A DNA stretch of 64,000 nt from assembly GCA_035651955.1 (NCBI GenBank), contig DASRES010000031.1, positions 12,184-76,183 of the forward strand. The letters run 5' to 3'. Below the pieces are notes generated by a model. The model worked only from the letters and a program-made list of their open reading frames with translations, was not told where the DNA came from and did no database searches. Shown one piece after another: positions 37,831 to 48,975 of the stretch (positions are counted from its first letter, which is position 1; each line of letters begins with the position of its first letter). The position numbers and the translations under genes are program-made. The stretch is from Acidimicrobiia bacterium (GTDB lineage Bacteria; Actinomycetota; Acidimicrobiia; IMCC26256; JAMXLJ01).

Positions 37831-39033
37831 ATGCCCGCGCACGACTGGGGTCGCGCGAAGCCCCTCGACGACATCGCGGGTGACGTCGCGATCGCGGGCA
37901 TCGGCGAGACCGCGTACACGAAGGCGTCGGGCCGCACCGCGAAGGAGATCGGCGCGGAGGCGGCCGAGCGCGCGATCGCCGACGCGGGGCTCGATCCCGC
38001 GGACGTCGACGGGCTCACGTACTCGGGCGCGTTCGCGGACTTCGACGTCGCCGCCTTCCACGAGCACTTCGGCACGAGTCACGACATGTGGTCGTCGCCG
38101 TGGGGCGGCGGCATGACGTGGGCCGGGACCGCGCCCTACCTCGCGGCGAGGGCGATCCGCGACGGGCGTGCCCGGCACATCCTCAACGTGTTCCCGGTCG
38201 CGTGGGCGACGCAACGCTCGTCGATGACGGGCGGGCCGGGGGAGACGCACGCGACGCAGCCGCTCAAGCAGAACCTCGAGGTGCCCTTCGGCTGGTTCCC
38301 GCAGCCCGTCTACTTCGCCACGATCGCGCGCCGGCACATGCTCGAGTTCGGCACGACGCCCGAGCAGCTCGGCGCGATCGCGGTCGCGGCACGCCGCCAC
38401 GCGAACCTCAACCCGGACGCCGTGATGCACGGGCGCCCGATGACGATCGACGCCTACCTGTCCTCGCCCCTCCTGGCCGATCCGCTCCGGCTGCTCGATT
38501 GCTGCCTCATCTCCGACGGCGGCGCCGCGTTCCTCACGACGTCGACCGAGCGCGCGCGCGACCTGCGGCAGCCGCCGGTGATCGTCGCCGGGGTCGCGGA
38601 GGCCGAGCTCACGGGACGGAACGCGCACTGGAGCCAGCAGCGCGAGCTCACGTCGACACCGCAGGTGTTCTCCGCACCGGCCGCGTTCGCGATGGCGGGC
38701 ATCACGCCGTCCGACGTCGACGTGCTCACGGTCTACGACCCCTTCACGATCGTGTCGCTCATGCAGATCGAGGACATGGGGTTCTGCGAGAAGGGGGAGG
38801 GAGGCGCGTTCGTCGACGGTGACACGCTCTTCCACGACGCCGGGAGGCTGCCGTTCAACACGCACGGCGGGCTGCTGAGCCACGCGTACGTGCTGGGCAT
38901 CGCCCACGTCGTCGAGGTCGTGAAGCAGCTCCGCGGGACCGCCGCCGCGCAGGTTCCCGGTGCCGAGGTCGGCGTCTACGGCGGCTACACCGGCGCGACG
39001 ACGTCCACGCTCGTGTTGCGGAAGGACGTGTGA
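37831..39033 (+). CDS. Thiolase-like protein (SCP-x / lipid-transfer-protein type)
   Basis: Thiolase-like N- and C-terminal halves (VAIAGIGETAYTK, NTHGGLLSHAYVLGIAHVVE). Confidence 0.85.
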   Translation: MPAHDWGRAKPLDDIAGDVAIAGIGETAYTKASGRTAKEIGAEAAERAIADAGLDPADVDGLTYSGAFADFDVAAFHEHFGTSHDMWSSPWGGGMTWAGTAPYLAARAIRDGRARHILNVFPVAWATQRSSMTGGPGETHATQPLKQNLEVPFGWFPQPVYFATIARRHMLEFGTTPEQLGAIAVAARRHANLNPDAVMHGRPMTIDAYLSSPLLADPLRLLDCCLISDGGAAFLTTSTERARDLRQPPVIVAGVAEAELTGRNAHWSQQRELTSTPQVFSAPAAFAMAGITPSDVDVLTVYDPFTIVSLMQIEDMGFCEKGEGGAFVDGDTLFHDAGRLPFNTHGGLLSHAYVLGIAHVVEVVKQLRGTAAAQVPGAEVGVYGGYTGATTSTLVLRKDV

Positions 39034-39473
39034 TGGCGATCAAGCGCGCCGACTTCCCGTTGCCCGACCTCACCGACGAGCGGACCGCCCCGTTCTTCGC
39101 CGGCGCCGCGCGCGGCGAGCTGGTCATCCCGCGCTGCGAGGCGTGCGGCACACTCGCGTGGTATCCGATGCCGGCCTGCGACGTCTGCGGCGGCCCGTCG
39201 TTCACGTGGACGGCCGTGAGCGGACGCGGCCGGCTGTTCTCCTGGACCGTGGTCGAGCGTGCCTTCCTTCCCGCGTTCGAGGACCGCGTGCCGTTCGTCT
39301 CCGGTCTCGTCGCGCTCGACGACGACCCCAGGGTGCGGATCGTGTCGTACGTCGTCGACTGCGAAGCCGACATGCTCACCGGCGACATGCCGGTCGTCGC
39401 GACGTTCCGCCCGTTGCGGTTCCGGACGGTTCCTGACCGCGAGGTGGTCGTCCCGATGTTCGTGCCGGCGTGA
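39030..39473 (+). CDS. DUF35 zinc-ribbon/OB-fold protein (thiolase partner)
   Basis: CEACGTLAWYPMPACDVCG ribbon plus OB fold. GTGA overlap with the thiolase stop (ATG 39033 alternative). Confidence 0.85.
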   Translation: MMAIKRADFPLPDLTDERTAPFFAGAARGELVIPRCEACGTLAWYPMPACDVCGGPSFTWTAVSGRGRLFSWTVVERAFLPAFEDRVPFVSGLVALDDDPRVRIVSYVVDCEADMLTGDMPVVATFRPLRFRTVPDREVVVPMFVPA

Positions 39474-39516
39474 TCGGCGCGCGGCGCGCGCGTACGCTGC
39501 GCGCGGGAGGTGCGGC

Positions 39517-40530
39517 ATGAACACGACGGGCAGGGCCGACAGGCGCGTCCTCGCGGTGGTCGCCGCGGTCGCGGTCGTCGTCGTCAGCGCGCTGGCGAGC
39601 GCGGGTCCCGCGTTCGCGGAGCACGACCGGCGGCCATCCGGTCCGCCGTACGCGGTCGGGTCGCGCACGACGACGTTCGTCGACACGACGCGCGCGACGC
39701 CGCCGAACGGCACGTACCCGGGGGCGCCGACGCGCACGTTGCCGACGCTCGTCCTCTACCCGGCCGTCGGTGACGCGAGCAACGGCATCGTGCCGGGCGC
39801 GACGCCGGTCCACCACGGTGACGGCTTCCCGCTCATCGTCTTCTCGCACGGGTTCACCGCGGACGGCTCCGTCTACGCGTCGCTCGCCGCCCAGTTCGTG
39901 CGGGCGGGGTACGTCGTCGCGTTGCCGACGTTCCCGCTCTCGAACGGGCAGGCGCCCGGCGGTCCGACGATCCGCGACTACGTCAACCAGCCTGGCGACG
40001 TGAGCTTCGTCATCACGCAGATGCTGCGGCTCGACGACACGAAGGGCGACCCGTTGCGCCACGTGATCGACGACGACGAGATCGGTGTCGCCGGGCACTC
40101 GCTCGGTGCGATCACGACGCTCGGCGTGGCCGCGAACACGTGCTGCCAGGACCGTCGCATCGACGCAGCCGTGTCGTTCTCGGGCCTGGAGCTGTTCCCG
40201 AACGGCAGGTGGTTCGCGCAGCCGACGCCGCCGCTCATGCTCGTCCACGGCAACGCCGACAAGCTCGTCCCGTACGGCGGCAGCGTGAAGGTCTACTCGC
40301 AGGCTCCGCCGCCGAAGGTCTTCTTGACGCTCGTCGGCGCGCCGCACACGCCATTCTTCGCGCAGTGGCTCGCGCCCACCGTCAAGACGGTCGTCGACTT
40401 CTTCGACGCCTACCTCGAGCACGACCACCGCGCGCTCGAGCGCATCGCGCGCGACGGGAATGTTCCGGGCGTGTCGTTCGTGCAGGAGGACCTCTGCGGC
40501 AGCCACGCGCACTGCCGCGACGCAGCCTGA
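39517..40530 (+). CDS. Secreted alpha/beta hydrolase (lipase/esterase-like)
   Basis: Signal peptide ending SAGPAFA-EH, oxyanion FSHGF and nucleophile elbow GHSLG. GGGAGG upstream of the ATG. Confidence 0.8.
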   Translation: MNTTGRADRRVLAVVAAVAVVVVSALASAGPAFAEHDRRPSGPPYAVGSRTTTFVDTTRATPPNGTYPGAPTRTLPTLVLYPAVGDASNGIVPGATPVHHGDGFPLIVFSHGFTADGSVYASLAAQFVRAGYVVALPTFPLSNGQAPGGPTIRDYVNQPGDVSFVITQMLRLDDTKGDPLRHVIDDDEIGVAGHSLGAITTLGVAANTCCQDRRIDAAVSFSGLELFPNGRWFAQPTPPLMLVHGNADKLVPYGGSVKVYSQAPPPKVFLTLVGAPHTPFFAQWLAPTVKTVVDFFDAYLEHDHRALERIARDGNVPGVSFVQEDLCGSHAHCRDAA

Positions 40531-40546
40531 CGCCCAGCGCTTCAGA

Positions 40547-40927
40547 TCAGGACCACGGCGTCGTCGGGCGCGCCTGGAGCTCGCCGTCGACGAGGACGTC
40601 GACGCGCTCGTCGAAGAACGCCACGTGGCCCCGGATCGGTTCGGCCTCGGGGATGGGCTCCTCGTACGACCACGCGACGTCGACGACCGCGTCGCCGTCC
40701 GAGCCGACCGTCCAGTACGAGGCCGCGCCCTTGAACGGGCAGGTCGTCGACGTCTCGGTCGGCGACAGGTCGACGAGCACGTCGTCACGCGGGATGTAGT
40801 AACGGGGTGGGAGGCCCGTCTCCTGGAGGATCTTCGGCCGCCGCGTGCTCGCGACGGTGTTGCCCGCGACGCGCACCTCGACGTGGATGTCCCCGTCGCG
40901 GATCTCGATGCGGTGTCCCTTGCTCAT
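40547..40927 (-). CDS. DUF427 domain protein
   Basis: 126 aa with the PRYYIPRDDV and CPFKGAASYW motifs typical of DUF427. Confidence 0.8.
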   Translation of the reverse strand: MSKGHRIEIRDGDIHVEVRVAGNTVASTRRPKILQETGLPPRYYIPRDDVLVDLSPTETSTTCPFKGAASYWTVGSDGDAVVDVAWSYEEPIPEAEPIRGHVAFFDERVDVLVDGELQARPTTPWS

Positions 40928-40968
40928 GCCCGCATCCAACCCCCCCGCCACGCGGCTGCATTCCCTCA

Positions 40969-42681
40969 TTAGTAGTTGCCCCAGTCGGGGTCGGGCTCGC
41001 CGGTGTCGTACGCGAGGCGGAGGTTGTCGAGCCACGCGACGCTCTCGGAGAGCCCACCCGGGCGGTTGCGCGCGAGCCACAGCTCGCGGTGCCGATCGAC
41101 GATCACGTCGAGCTCCTTGGCGAGCTCCCGCCGGAGCGACGCCGGAACCGAGCGCAATGTCCCGTCGCCCTCGAGGCGCGCCTGCGCGTCGCGGCACGCG
41201 AGCGACACCAATGCGATCGCGTTCTCCAGCTCGTCGTGCACGAGCGCGCCGTCGGCTCGTTGCGGGCGGGCACGGTCGACGAGCGCGCCCAGCTCCGCCA
41301 GCCGTTCCTCGGCGGCCGCGAACTCCTCGCGACGTGCACCGGCGGTGAACTCCGCGCCGACGACGGTCTGCGGGTAGTACAGGTGTACGACGAAGGGCGC
41401 GAGGTTCGGGAAGTCGCCCGTCACGAGCGAGTGGACCTCCCCGAGGTCGAGCAGTGCGCGTCCCAGCTCGCCGCCGTGGTCCGCGAACACGTGTGTGTCG
41501 AGCGCGGGCGCGAGGTCGAGGTCGCGGTTCGTGTCGAGACACCAGCTCACCGCGGCACCGAACGCGAGGCCGGGCTCCATGACCGGCGCGTACTGCAGGT
41601 GACCGAGATCGCCCCAGTCGGTGTTGAGGACGCCCGCCGCGCCGTGCGCGAGCCCCGCCTCCATCGCCTCGACGCAGTTGGCCCGCATGTTGGCGGTGCG
41701 CCCGAGAATGCTCACCCAGCTCGACGTTCCGGGGCACACCCAGAACGGCACCCCGGCGGCCTCGTACCCGGCGCAACGGTCGTCGAACGGGTGCCCGGCG
41801 TCGTAACCCCACTCGCACACCGTGACGCCACCCGGTACGTGCGCGACGCGCTCGGGCGCCCCGGCGACGACGTCACCCCACATGAGGACCTCGTAGCCGG
41901 TCAGCTCGGGCAGCTCGCGCAGTGCACGGATCCACCCGAGGTAGTCGGGGAGCCGCTCGGGCGGCATCTCCCACGGCTCGTCCATGCCGACGTGCACGCG
42001 CCGGCTGTCGAACTCCGGCAGCAGCATGTCGAGCAGCTCCCGGACGAGGCGCAGCGACCCCGGCTTCGACGGGTCGATCGTGGTGGGCGGCATCAGCCGG
42101 CCCTTCCAGGTGGTCCATCCGTCGGGTGCCATCGCGAGCGGGCGGTACCGGTCGTGGCGCAGCCAGCGCTCCATGTGCCCGAACGTGTTCTGGTTCGGCA
42201 CGAGCTCGACGTGACGGTCGCGGCAGAAGCGGTCGAGATGGCGGACGTCCTCCGCGGTGTAGGGCGACGCGTCGCGCCACACCTCCTCGTGTCCTGGGTA
42301 CGCGTACGTGTGCTCCATGTAGAGCTGCAGCTGGTTCACCTTCCACGACGCGAGCCGTTCGACGAGCTCCTCGAGCGTCGCGAGCGTCGGGACCTTGTCT
42401 CGCGAGACGTCGAGCATCACGCCGCGCACCGGGAGGTCCGGCCAGTCGCGGATCGTGCACGCGGGGAGCGATGCGCCCTCGGTCGCGACGAGCTGCGCGA
42501 GCGTGCGGTGCGCGTAGAACACGCCGGCGGGATCGGCCGCGAGGACCTGTACCCGGTGGTCGCCGATCCTGAGCTCGTAACCCTCGGGCGGGAGCGAGTC
42601 GTCGACGTGAACCTCCGGTTCCAAGACCGGGACGCGACCGTGACCGGGCGTGACGTGACGGGGCCGGGGAAGGAGGTTCAC
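40969..42681 (-). CDS. Glycoside hydrolase family 20 (beta-N-acetylhexosaminidase-like)
   Basis: GVMLDVSRD, NTFGHMERW and the catalytic HVGMDEPWE (D-E pair). GTG 42681 gives N-terminus MNLLPRPRHV. Confidence 0.85.
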   Translation of the reverse strand: MNLLPRPRHVTPGHGRVPVLEPEVHVDDSLPPEGYELRIGDHRVQVLAADPAGVFYAHRTLAQLVATEGASLPACTIRDWPDLPVRGVMLDVSRDKVPTLATLEELVERLASWKVNQLQLYMEHTYAYPGHEEVWRDASPYTAEDVRHLDRFCRDRHVELVPNQNTFGHMERWLRHDRYRPLAMAPDGWTTWKGRLMPPTTIDPSKPGSLRLVRELLDMLLPEFDSRRVHVGMDEPWEMPPERLPDYLGWIRALRELPELTGYEVLMWGDVVAGAPERVAHVPGGVTVCEWGYDAGHPFDDRCAGYEAAGVPFWVCPGTSSWVSILGRTANMRANCVEAMEAGLAHGAAGVLNTDWGDLGHLQYAPVMEPGLAFGAAVSWCLDTNRDLDLAPALDTHVFADHGGELGRALLDLGEVHSLVTGDFPNLAPFVVHLYYPQTVVGAEFTAGARREEFAAAEERLAELGALVDRARPQRADGALVHDELENAIALVSLACRDAQARLEGDGTLRSVPASLRRELAKELDVIVDRHRELWLARNRPGGLSESVAWLDNLRLAYDTGEPDPDWGNY

Positions 42682-42813
42682 GGCACCATCATGGCGTTCG
42701 GTTCGGGTGTCGATGCTGTAAGCTGACGCAACTCTGCACAGGGCCAGCGTCGTCCCGGGCAGGTCCCCCCGTTGGATGCGCCGCACCACGGCGTGTTCGC
42801 CCGGAGCTACGTC

Positions 42814-45800
42814 ATGACGACCGGCAGGACCCAGGGTCTCTACGACCCCTCGTTCGAGCACGACGCGTGCGGCGTCGCGTTCGTCGTCGACATGAAGGGG
42901 CGGCCGACGCACGCGATCGTCGAGCAGGGCATCCGCGCGCTCTGCCATCTCGAGCACCGCGGCGCGGTCGGCGCGGAGGTCAACACCGGCGACGGCGCCG
43001 GGATCCTGCTCCAGGTCCCGGACCGCTTCCTGCGCGACGTCGTCGACTTCGAGCTCCCGGCCCCGGGCGAGTACGCGACCGGCATCGCGTTCGTCCCCGC
43101 GCAGACGGCCGACGTCGGCGAGACCGAGGCCGCGTTCGAGCGCCTGGCCGAGGAAGAGGGGTTGCGCGTGCTCGGCTGGCGTGCGGTTCCCGTCGACGAC
43201 TCGATGATCGGCTCGTCGTCGAAGGACGTCGAGCCCACATTCCGGCAGGTCTTCGTCGCCGGCGCGGCGTCGGATCGCGGCCCTGGCCTCGCCGGGATGG
43301 ACCTCGAACGGCGCGCGTTCGTGCTCCGGAAGCGGGCCGAGCACGAGACGGACGTCTACTTCCCGAGCCTCTCCGCGCGGACGCTCGTCTACAAGGGGAT
43401 GCTCACGGCGCCGCAGCTGCGCGACTTCTACCCCGACCTCGCCGACGAGCGGGTCGAGAGCGCGCTCGCGCTCGTCCACTCACGCTTCTCGACGAACACG
43501 TTCCCCGCGTGGCCGCTTGCGCACCCGTACCGCTACATCGCGCACAACGGCGAGATCAACACGCTCAAGGGCAACCGCAACTGGATGCGCGCCCGCGAGT
43601 CGCTGCTGCACTCCGACCTGATCCCCGGTGATCTTTCGCGTGCGTACCCGATCTGCACACCGGCCGCGAGCGACTCCGCCAGCTTCGACGAGGTGCTCGA
43701 GCTGCTCCACCTGGGCGGCCGCTCGCTCCCGCACGCGGTGCTGATGATGATCCCGGAGGCCTGGGAGAACCACCAGGCGATGGGCGACGAGAAGCGCGCC
43801 TTCTACTCGTTCCACGCGTCGGTCATGGAGCCCTGGGACGGTCCCGCGTCGATCGCGTTCACCGACGGCACGGTCATCGGCGCGGTGCTCGACCGTAACG
43901 GCCTGCGTCCGTCGCGCTACTGGGTGACGTCCGACGACCTCGTGATCATGGCGTCGGAGGTGGGCGTGCTCGACGTCGACCCCGCGACCGTCGTGCGCAA
44001 GGGCCGGCTCGAGCCGGGCCGCATGTTCCTGGTCGACACCGCCCAGGGCCGCATCGTCGAGGACGACGAGATCAAGGCGCAGCTCGCCGCGCAGCACCCG
44101 TACGGCGAGTGGCTCGACAAGGGTCTCGTCCATCTCGACGATCTCGCGCCGCGCACCACGCTCACGCCGATGCACGCGTCGGCGGTGCGCCAGCAGCGGC
44201 TGCACGGCTACACGCAGGAGGAGCTCCGGATCCTCGTCGCGCCGATGGCGCGCACCGGTGGCGAGGCGCTCGGCTCGATGGGCAACGACACGCCGATCGC
44301 GGTGCTGTCCAGCCGGCCGCGCATGCTGTTCGACTACTTCACGCAGCTGTTCGCGCAGGTGACGAACCCCCCACTCGACGCGATGCGCGAGGAGCTCGTC
44401 ACGTCGCTCCGCCAGACGATCGGTCCCGAGTCGAACCTCCTCGAGCCCGGGCCCGAGAGCTGCCGGCAGATCGTGCTGCCCCACCCCGTCATCGACGACG
44501 AGGACCTCGCCAAGCTCCGCTACATCGACGAGGACGGCGACGACATCGGCTTCAAGGCCGTCACCGTCGACGCGCTCTACCCGGTCGTCGGCGGCGGCGA
44601 CGCGCTCCACCGCGCGATCGAGCGGATCCGGCGGCAGGTGAGCGACGCGATCGCGGGCGGCGCGAACCTCGTCATCCTCTCGGACCGCTACGCGACCGAG
44701 GAGCTGGCGCCGATCCCGTCGCTCCTCATCACGTCGGCGGTGCACCACCACCTGATCCGCGAGAAGACGCGCACGCGCGTCGGCCTCGTGGTCGAGGCGG
44801 GCGACGCGCGCGAGGTCCACCATCTCGCGCTGCTCATCGGGTACGGCGCGAGCGCGGTGAACCCGTGGTTGGTGTTCGCGTCGCTCGACGACCTGATCCG
44901 CGAGGGTCACCTGCAGGGCGTGAACCGGCGGAAGGCGATCAAGAACTACATCAAGGCCGCCGGCAAGGGGATCCTCAAGATCATGTCGAAGATGGGGATC
45001 TCGACGGTCGCGTCCTACACGGGCGCGCAGGTCTTCGAGGCGGTCGGCCTCGGCGACGAGCTCGTCGAGGAGTACTTCACCGGCACGACGAGCCGTCTCG
45101 GCGGCATCGACCTCGACGTGATCGCGGCGGAGGTCGCGGCGCGCCACGCGCTCGCGTACCCGGCCCGTCCCGAGGAGCTCGCGCACCGTGAGCTCGAGGT
45201 CGGCGGCGAGTACCAGTGGCGGCGCGAGGGCGAGTACCACCTCTTCAACCCGGACACCGTGTTCCGGCTGCAGCACTCGACGCGCACGAAGCGCTACGAG
45301 ATCTTCAAGGAGTACACGCGTCTCGTCGACGAGCAGTCGAAGCAGCTCGCGACGCTGCGCGGTCTCTTCGAGCTCAAGCTCGGCGAGCGGCCGCCCGTCC
45401 CGATCGACGAGGTCGAGCCGGTCTCCGAGATCGTCAAGCGCTTCTCGACGGGTGCGATGAGCTACGGCTCGATCTCGCAGGAGGCGCACGAGACGCTCGC
45501 GATCGCGATGAACCGCCTCGGCGGCAAGTCGAACACGGGCGAGGGCGGCGAGGACGCCGACCGGTTCGTGCCCGACCCGAACGGCGACCTCCGTCGCTCG
45601 GCGATCAAGCAGGTCGCGTCGGGCCGCTTCGGCGTGACGAGCGAGTACCTCGTCAACGCGGACGACCTGCAGATCAAGATGGCGCAGGGCGCGAAGCCGG
45701 GCGAGGGTGGGCAGCTGCCCGGGCACAAGGTCTACCCGTGGATCGCGAAGACGCGGCACTCGACGCCGGGCGTCGGGCTCATCTCGCCGCCGCCGCACCA

Positions 45801-47358
45801 CGACATCTACTCGATCGAGGACCTGAAGCAGCTCATCCACGACCTCAAGAACGCGAACCCGCGCGCGCGGGTCCACGTGAAGCTCGTCGCCGAGGTGGGT
45901 GTCGGGACGGTCGCGGCCGGCGTCGCGAAGGCGCACGCCGACGTCGTGCTGATCTCCGGTCAGGACGGCGGCACCGGCGCGTCACCGCTCACGTCGATCA
46001 AGCACGCCGGCGCGCCATGGGAGCTCGGGCTCGCGGAGACGCAACAGACGCTGTTGCTCAACGGGCTGCGCGACCGGATCGTCGTCCAGACCGACGGTCA
46101 GCTGAAGACCGGTCGCGACGTCGTGGTCGCCGCGCTGCTCGGCGCGGAGGAGTTCGGCTTCGCGACCGCGCCGCTCGTCGTGAGCGGCTGCGTGATGATG
46201 CGCGTCTGTCACCTCGACACCTGCCCAGTCGGGATCGCGACGCAGAACCCGGAGTTGCGCAAGAAGTTCAGCGGCAAGCCCGAGTTCGTCGTGAACTTCT
46301 TCGAGTTCGTCGCGCAGGAGGTGCGCGAGCTGCTCGCGCAGCTCGGGTTCCGCAGCGTCGCCGAGGCGGTCGGGCACGCGGAGATGCTCGACGTGCGGAA
46401 GGCCGTCGATCACTGGAAGGCGTCCGGGCTCGACCTCACGCCGATCCTGTACGTCCCCGAGTACGACCCGGCCCAGGACCGGTACTGCACGAAGAGCCAG
46501 GACCACGGGCTCGACAAGGCGCTCGACAACACGCTGATCCAGCTGTGCGAGGGCGCGCTCGAGGACGGCCAGCCCGTCTCGCTCGAGCTGCCGATCCGCA
46601 ACGTCAACCGCACGGTCGGGACGATGCTCGGCTACGAGCTGACGAAGCGCTACGGCGGCGACGGGCTCCCCGACGACACCATCCAGGTGCACTTCACGGG
46701 GTCGGCGGGGCAGAGCTTCGGCGCGTTCGTGCCGCGTGGCATCACGTTGCGGCTCGAAGGCGACGCCAACGACTACACGGGCAAGGGCCTGTCGGGCGGG
46801 CGGATCGTCGTCTTCCCGCCGAAGGAGTCCGCGTTCGTCGCCGAGCACAACATCATCGCCGGGAACGTCGTGCTCTACGGCGCGACCGGCGGCGAGGCGT
46901 TCTTCCGCGGCGTCGTGGGCGAGCGGTTCTGCGTCCGCAACTCGGGGGCGACCGCAGTCGTCGAGGGGGTCGGCGACCACGGGTGCGAGTACATGACGGG
47001 TGGTCGCGTCGTCGTGCTCGGTTCGACCGGTCGGAACTTCGGTGCCGGCATGTCGGGCGGGATCGCGTACGTGTACGACCCCGACGGCGACTTCTACACG
47101 CGGCTGAATCGCGAGATGGTCGACCTCGAGCAGCTCGACGAGGACGACCAGGAGTGGTTGCGCGAGATCGTGCGCCGGCACCACGAGGAGACCGGCTCCG
47201 CGGTCGCGCGCCGCATGCTCGAGTCGTGGCGCCACGAGGTGCAGCGCTTCGCGAAGGTCATGCCGACCGACTACAAGCGCGTCCTCGAAGCCGCCCGCAT
47301 CGCCGAGGAGCGCGGCCTGTCCGTCGACGAAGCCGTCATGAGCGCGGCCCACGGCTAG
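42814..47358 (+). CDS. gltB: Glutamate synthase large subunit
   Basis: Ntn amidotransferase Cys ([10 protein letters not shown]) plus central, FMN and C-terminal GXGXG domains across about 1514 aa. Confidence 0.95.
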   Translation: MTTGRTQGLYDPSFEHDACGVAFVVDMKGRPTHAIVEQGIRALCHLEHRGAVGAEVNTGDGAGILLQVPDRFLRDVVDFELPAPGEYATGIAFVPAQTADVGETEAAFERLAEEEGLRVLGWRAVPVDDSMIGSSSKDVEPTFRQVFVAGAASDRGPGLAGMDLERRAFVLRKRAEHETDVYFPSLSARTLVYKGMLTAPQLRDFYPDLADERVESALALVHSRFSTNTFPAWPLAHPYRYIAHNGEINTLKGNRNWMRARESLLHSDLIPGDLSRAYPICTPAASDSASFDEVLELLHLGGRSLPHAVLMMIPEAWENHQAMGDEKRAFYSFHASVMEPWDGPASIAFTDGTVIGAVLDRNGLRPSRYWVTSDDLVIMASEVGVLDVDPATVVRKGRLEPGRMFLVDTAQGRIVEDDEIKAQLAAQHPYGEWLDKGLVHLDDLAPRTTLTPMHASAVRQQRLHGYTQEELRILVAPMARTGGEALGSMGNDTPIAVLSSRPRMLFDYFTQLFAQVTNPPLDAMREELVTSLRQTIGPESNLLEPGPESCRQIVLPHPVIDDEDLAKLRYIDEDGDDIGFKAVTVDALYPVVGGGDALHRAIERIRRQVSDAIAGGANLVILSDRYATEELAPIPSLLITSAVHHHLIREKTRTRVGLVVEAGDAREVHHLALLIGYGASAVNPWLVFASLDDLIREGHLQGVNRRKAIKNYIKAAGKGILKIMSKMGISTVASYTGAQVFEAVGLGDELVEEYFTGTTSRLGGIDLDVIAAEVAARHALAYPARPEELAHRELEVGGEYQWRREGEYHLFNPDTVFRLQHSTRTKRYEIFKEYTRLVDEQSKQLATLRGLFELKLGERPPVPIDEVEPVSEIVKRFSTGAMSYGSISQEAHETLAIAMNRLGGKSNTGEGGEDADRFVPDPNGDLRRSAIKQVASGRFGVTSEYLVNADDLQIKMAQGAKPGEGGQLPGHKVYPWIAKTRHSTPGVGLISPPPHHDIYSIEDLKQLIHDLKNANPRARVHVKLVAEVGVGTVAAGVAKAHADVVLISGQDGGTGASPLTSIKHAGAPWELGLAETQQTLLLNGLRDRIVVQTDGQLKTGRDVVVAALLGAEEFGFATAPLVVSGCVMMRVCHLDTCPVGIATQNPELRKKFSGKPEFVVNFFEFVAQEVRELLAQLGFRSVAEAVGHAEMLDVRKAVDHWKASGLDLTPILYVPEYDPAQDRYCTKSQDHGLDKALDNTLIQLCEGALEDGQPVSLELPIRNVNRTVGTMLGYELTKRYGGDGLPDDTIQVHFTGSAGQSFGAFVPRGITLRLEGDANDYTGKGLSGGRIVVFPPKESAFVAEHNIIAGNVVLYGATGGEAFFRGVVGERFCVRNSGATAVVEGVGDHGCEYMTGGRVVVLGSTGRNFGAGMSGGIAYVYDPDGDFYTRLNREMVDLEQLDEDDQEWLREIVRRHHEETGSAVARRMLESWRHEVQRFAKVMPTDYKRVLEAARIAEERGLSVDEAVMSAAHG

Positions 47359-47430
47359 CGCGATCTCTCATTGAGAGAAATCGGTTGCTGGGCGGTACTC
47401 AGGTTTCAATGAAACGAGCGAGAAGACAGC

Positions 47431-48879
47431 GTGGGTGAGGTCACGGGGTTCATGAAATACCGGCGGGAGACGCCGAAGCGGCGCCCGGTCGAGCTGCGCG
47501 TGCGCGACTGGCACGAGGTGTACGAGCCGTTCCCCGCCGAGCGCCTGCAGACGCAGGCCGCGCGCTGCATGGACTGCGGCATCCCGTTCTGCCACCAGGG
47601 CTGCCCGCTCGGGAACCTGATCCCGGAGTGGAACGACCTCGTGTACCGCGACGACTGGCGCGAGGCGAGCGAACGACTCCACGCGACGAACAACTTCCCG
47701 GAGTTCACGGGCCGGCTGTGCCCCGCGCCGTGTGAGGCCTCGTGCGTCCTCGGCATCAACGAGGACCCGGTCACGATCAAGCAGGTCGAGGTCACGATCG
47801 CGGAGCGCGCCTGGGAGGAGGGCTGGCTCCCGCCGGTGACGCCGACGGTCAAGACGGGTCGGCGCGTCGCCGTCGTCGGCTCCGGTCCCGCGGGGCTCGC
47901 CGCCGCGCAGCAATTGACGCGCGCGGGTCACGACGTCGTCGTGTTCGAGCGCGCGGACCGCATCGGCGGGCTGCTGCGCTACGGCATCCCCGAGTTCAAG
48001 ATGGAGAAGCGGTTCCTCGACCGCCGCCTCGACCAGATGCGCGCCGAGGGCACCGAGTTCCGTGTGAACGCGAATGTCGGTGTCGACGTCGCGGTCGACG
48101 AGCTGCGCGCGTCGTTCGACGCAATCGTGCTCGCGGGCGGCGCGACGCAGTGGCGCGACCTCCCGATCCCGGGACGTGACCTTGCGGGGATCCACCAGGC
48201 GATGGAGTACCTCCCGTGGGGCAATCGCGTGCAGGAGGGCGACATCACCGAGGCGCCGATCACCGCGCACGGCAAGCGAGTGGTGATCATCGGCGGCGGT
48301 GACACGGGCGCGGACTGCCTCGGCACGGCGATCCGGCAGGGCGCGACGTCGGTGCACCAGTTCGAGATCATGCCCCGCCCTCCCGACGAGCGGGACCCGA
48401 GCACACCGTGGCCGATGTGGCCGCTCATGTTCCGGACGTCGTCCGCGCACGAGGAGGGCGTCGAGCGCGTCTTCTCGGTGAACACCGAGTGCTTCGTCGG
48501 TGACGACGACGGGCGCGTCCGCGCGTTGCGCGCCCACGAGGTGCAGCGCGTGGCCCACGACGGGCGCACCGCGTTCGAGAAGATCGAGGGCACGGACTTC
48601 GAGCTGCCGTGCGAGCTCGTCCTCCTCGCCCTCGGGTTCACCGGGCCGCAGCGGGGCGGGATGCTCGAGCAGCTCGGCGTCGACCTGGACGCCCGCGGCA
48701 ACGTGGCCCGGGACGAGCACTGGGCGACGAACGTCGACGGCGTGTTCGTGTGCGGCGACATGGGCCGGGGCCAGAGTCTCATCGTGTGGGCAATCGCCGA
48801 GGGGCGCTCGTGCGCGGCCGCCGTCGACCGCTGGCTCGCGGGCGAGTCTGCGCTGCCCGCGCCGGTGACGGCAGTCTGA
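47431..48879 (+). CDS. gltD: Glutamate synthase small subunit
   Basis: GFMKYRRETPKRRPV N-terminus, Fe-S cysteines (CMDCGIPFC, CPAPCEASC) and FAD/NAD motif VAVVGSGPAGLAAA. Confidence 0.95.
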   Translation: MGEVTGFMKYRRETPKRRPVELRVRDWHEVYEPFPAERLQTQAARCMDCGIPFCHQGCPLGNLIPEWNDLVYRDDWREASERLHATNNFPEFTGRLCPAPCEASCVLGINEDPVTIKQVEVTIAERAWEEGWLPPVTPTVKTGRRVAVVGSGPAGLAAAQQLTRAGHDVVVFERADRIGGLLRYGIPEFKMEKRFLDRRLDQMRAEGTEFRVNANVGVDVAVDELRASFDAIVLAGGATQWRDLPIPGRDLAGIHQAMEYLPWGNRVQEGDITEAPITAHGKRVVIIGGGDTGADCLGTAIRQGATSVHQFEIMPRPPDERDPSTPWPMWPLMFRTSSAHEEGVERVFSVNTECFVGDDDGRVRALRAHEVQRVAHDGRTAFEKIEGTDFELPCELVLLALGFTGPQRGGMLEQLGVDLDARGNVARDEHWATNVDGVFVCGDMGRGQSLIVWAIAEGRSCAAAVDRWLAGESALPAPVTAV

Positions 48880-48975
48880 CGGCCCGACCCGTCGGCGGGC
48901 GCGGATGCCTTGGTCACCAAGTGACGCGCGGGTAACGTTCGCACGAACGGCCGCAGCCTCCGGCGGCCGGCACCC

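Noticed and set aside
34525-38907. 1460-aa minus-strand ORF, the longest in the track
   Set aside because: Only its last 439 codons (34525-35844) resemble a real protein (MBL/alkyl-sulfatase-like). The rest is Arg/Asp/Glu/Pro-rich antisense reading of the glycosylase, cyclase and thiolase genes, kept open by GC bias.
45946-45963. Near-misses of the CTGAC-N6-GTCAG motif inside or next to coding DNA (CTGAT-N5-GTCAG in gltB at about 45949-45963; CTGACGGCCCGACCCGTCGG at 48876-48895)
   Set aside because: Wrong spacing or a degenerate half-site. They were excluded so that the motif count includes only exact or one-mismatch N6 sites.
47391-47415. Possible GlnR box (gTnAc-N6-GaAAc) in the gltB-gltD spacer
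   Set aside because: Only the GAAAC half-sites (as a palindrome) are present. No GTnAC a-site lies at the required 6-nt spacing on either strand.
47416-47428. 12-mer GAGCGAGAAGAC immediately upstream of both the gltD start and the dprE2 start (minus strand, 32047-32058)
   Set aside because: Striking placement, but it is a post-hoc observation with only two copies. Purine-rich GAGCGAG-like words also precede other starts (13561, 52515), so it is probably just ribosome-binding-region composition.
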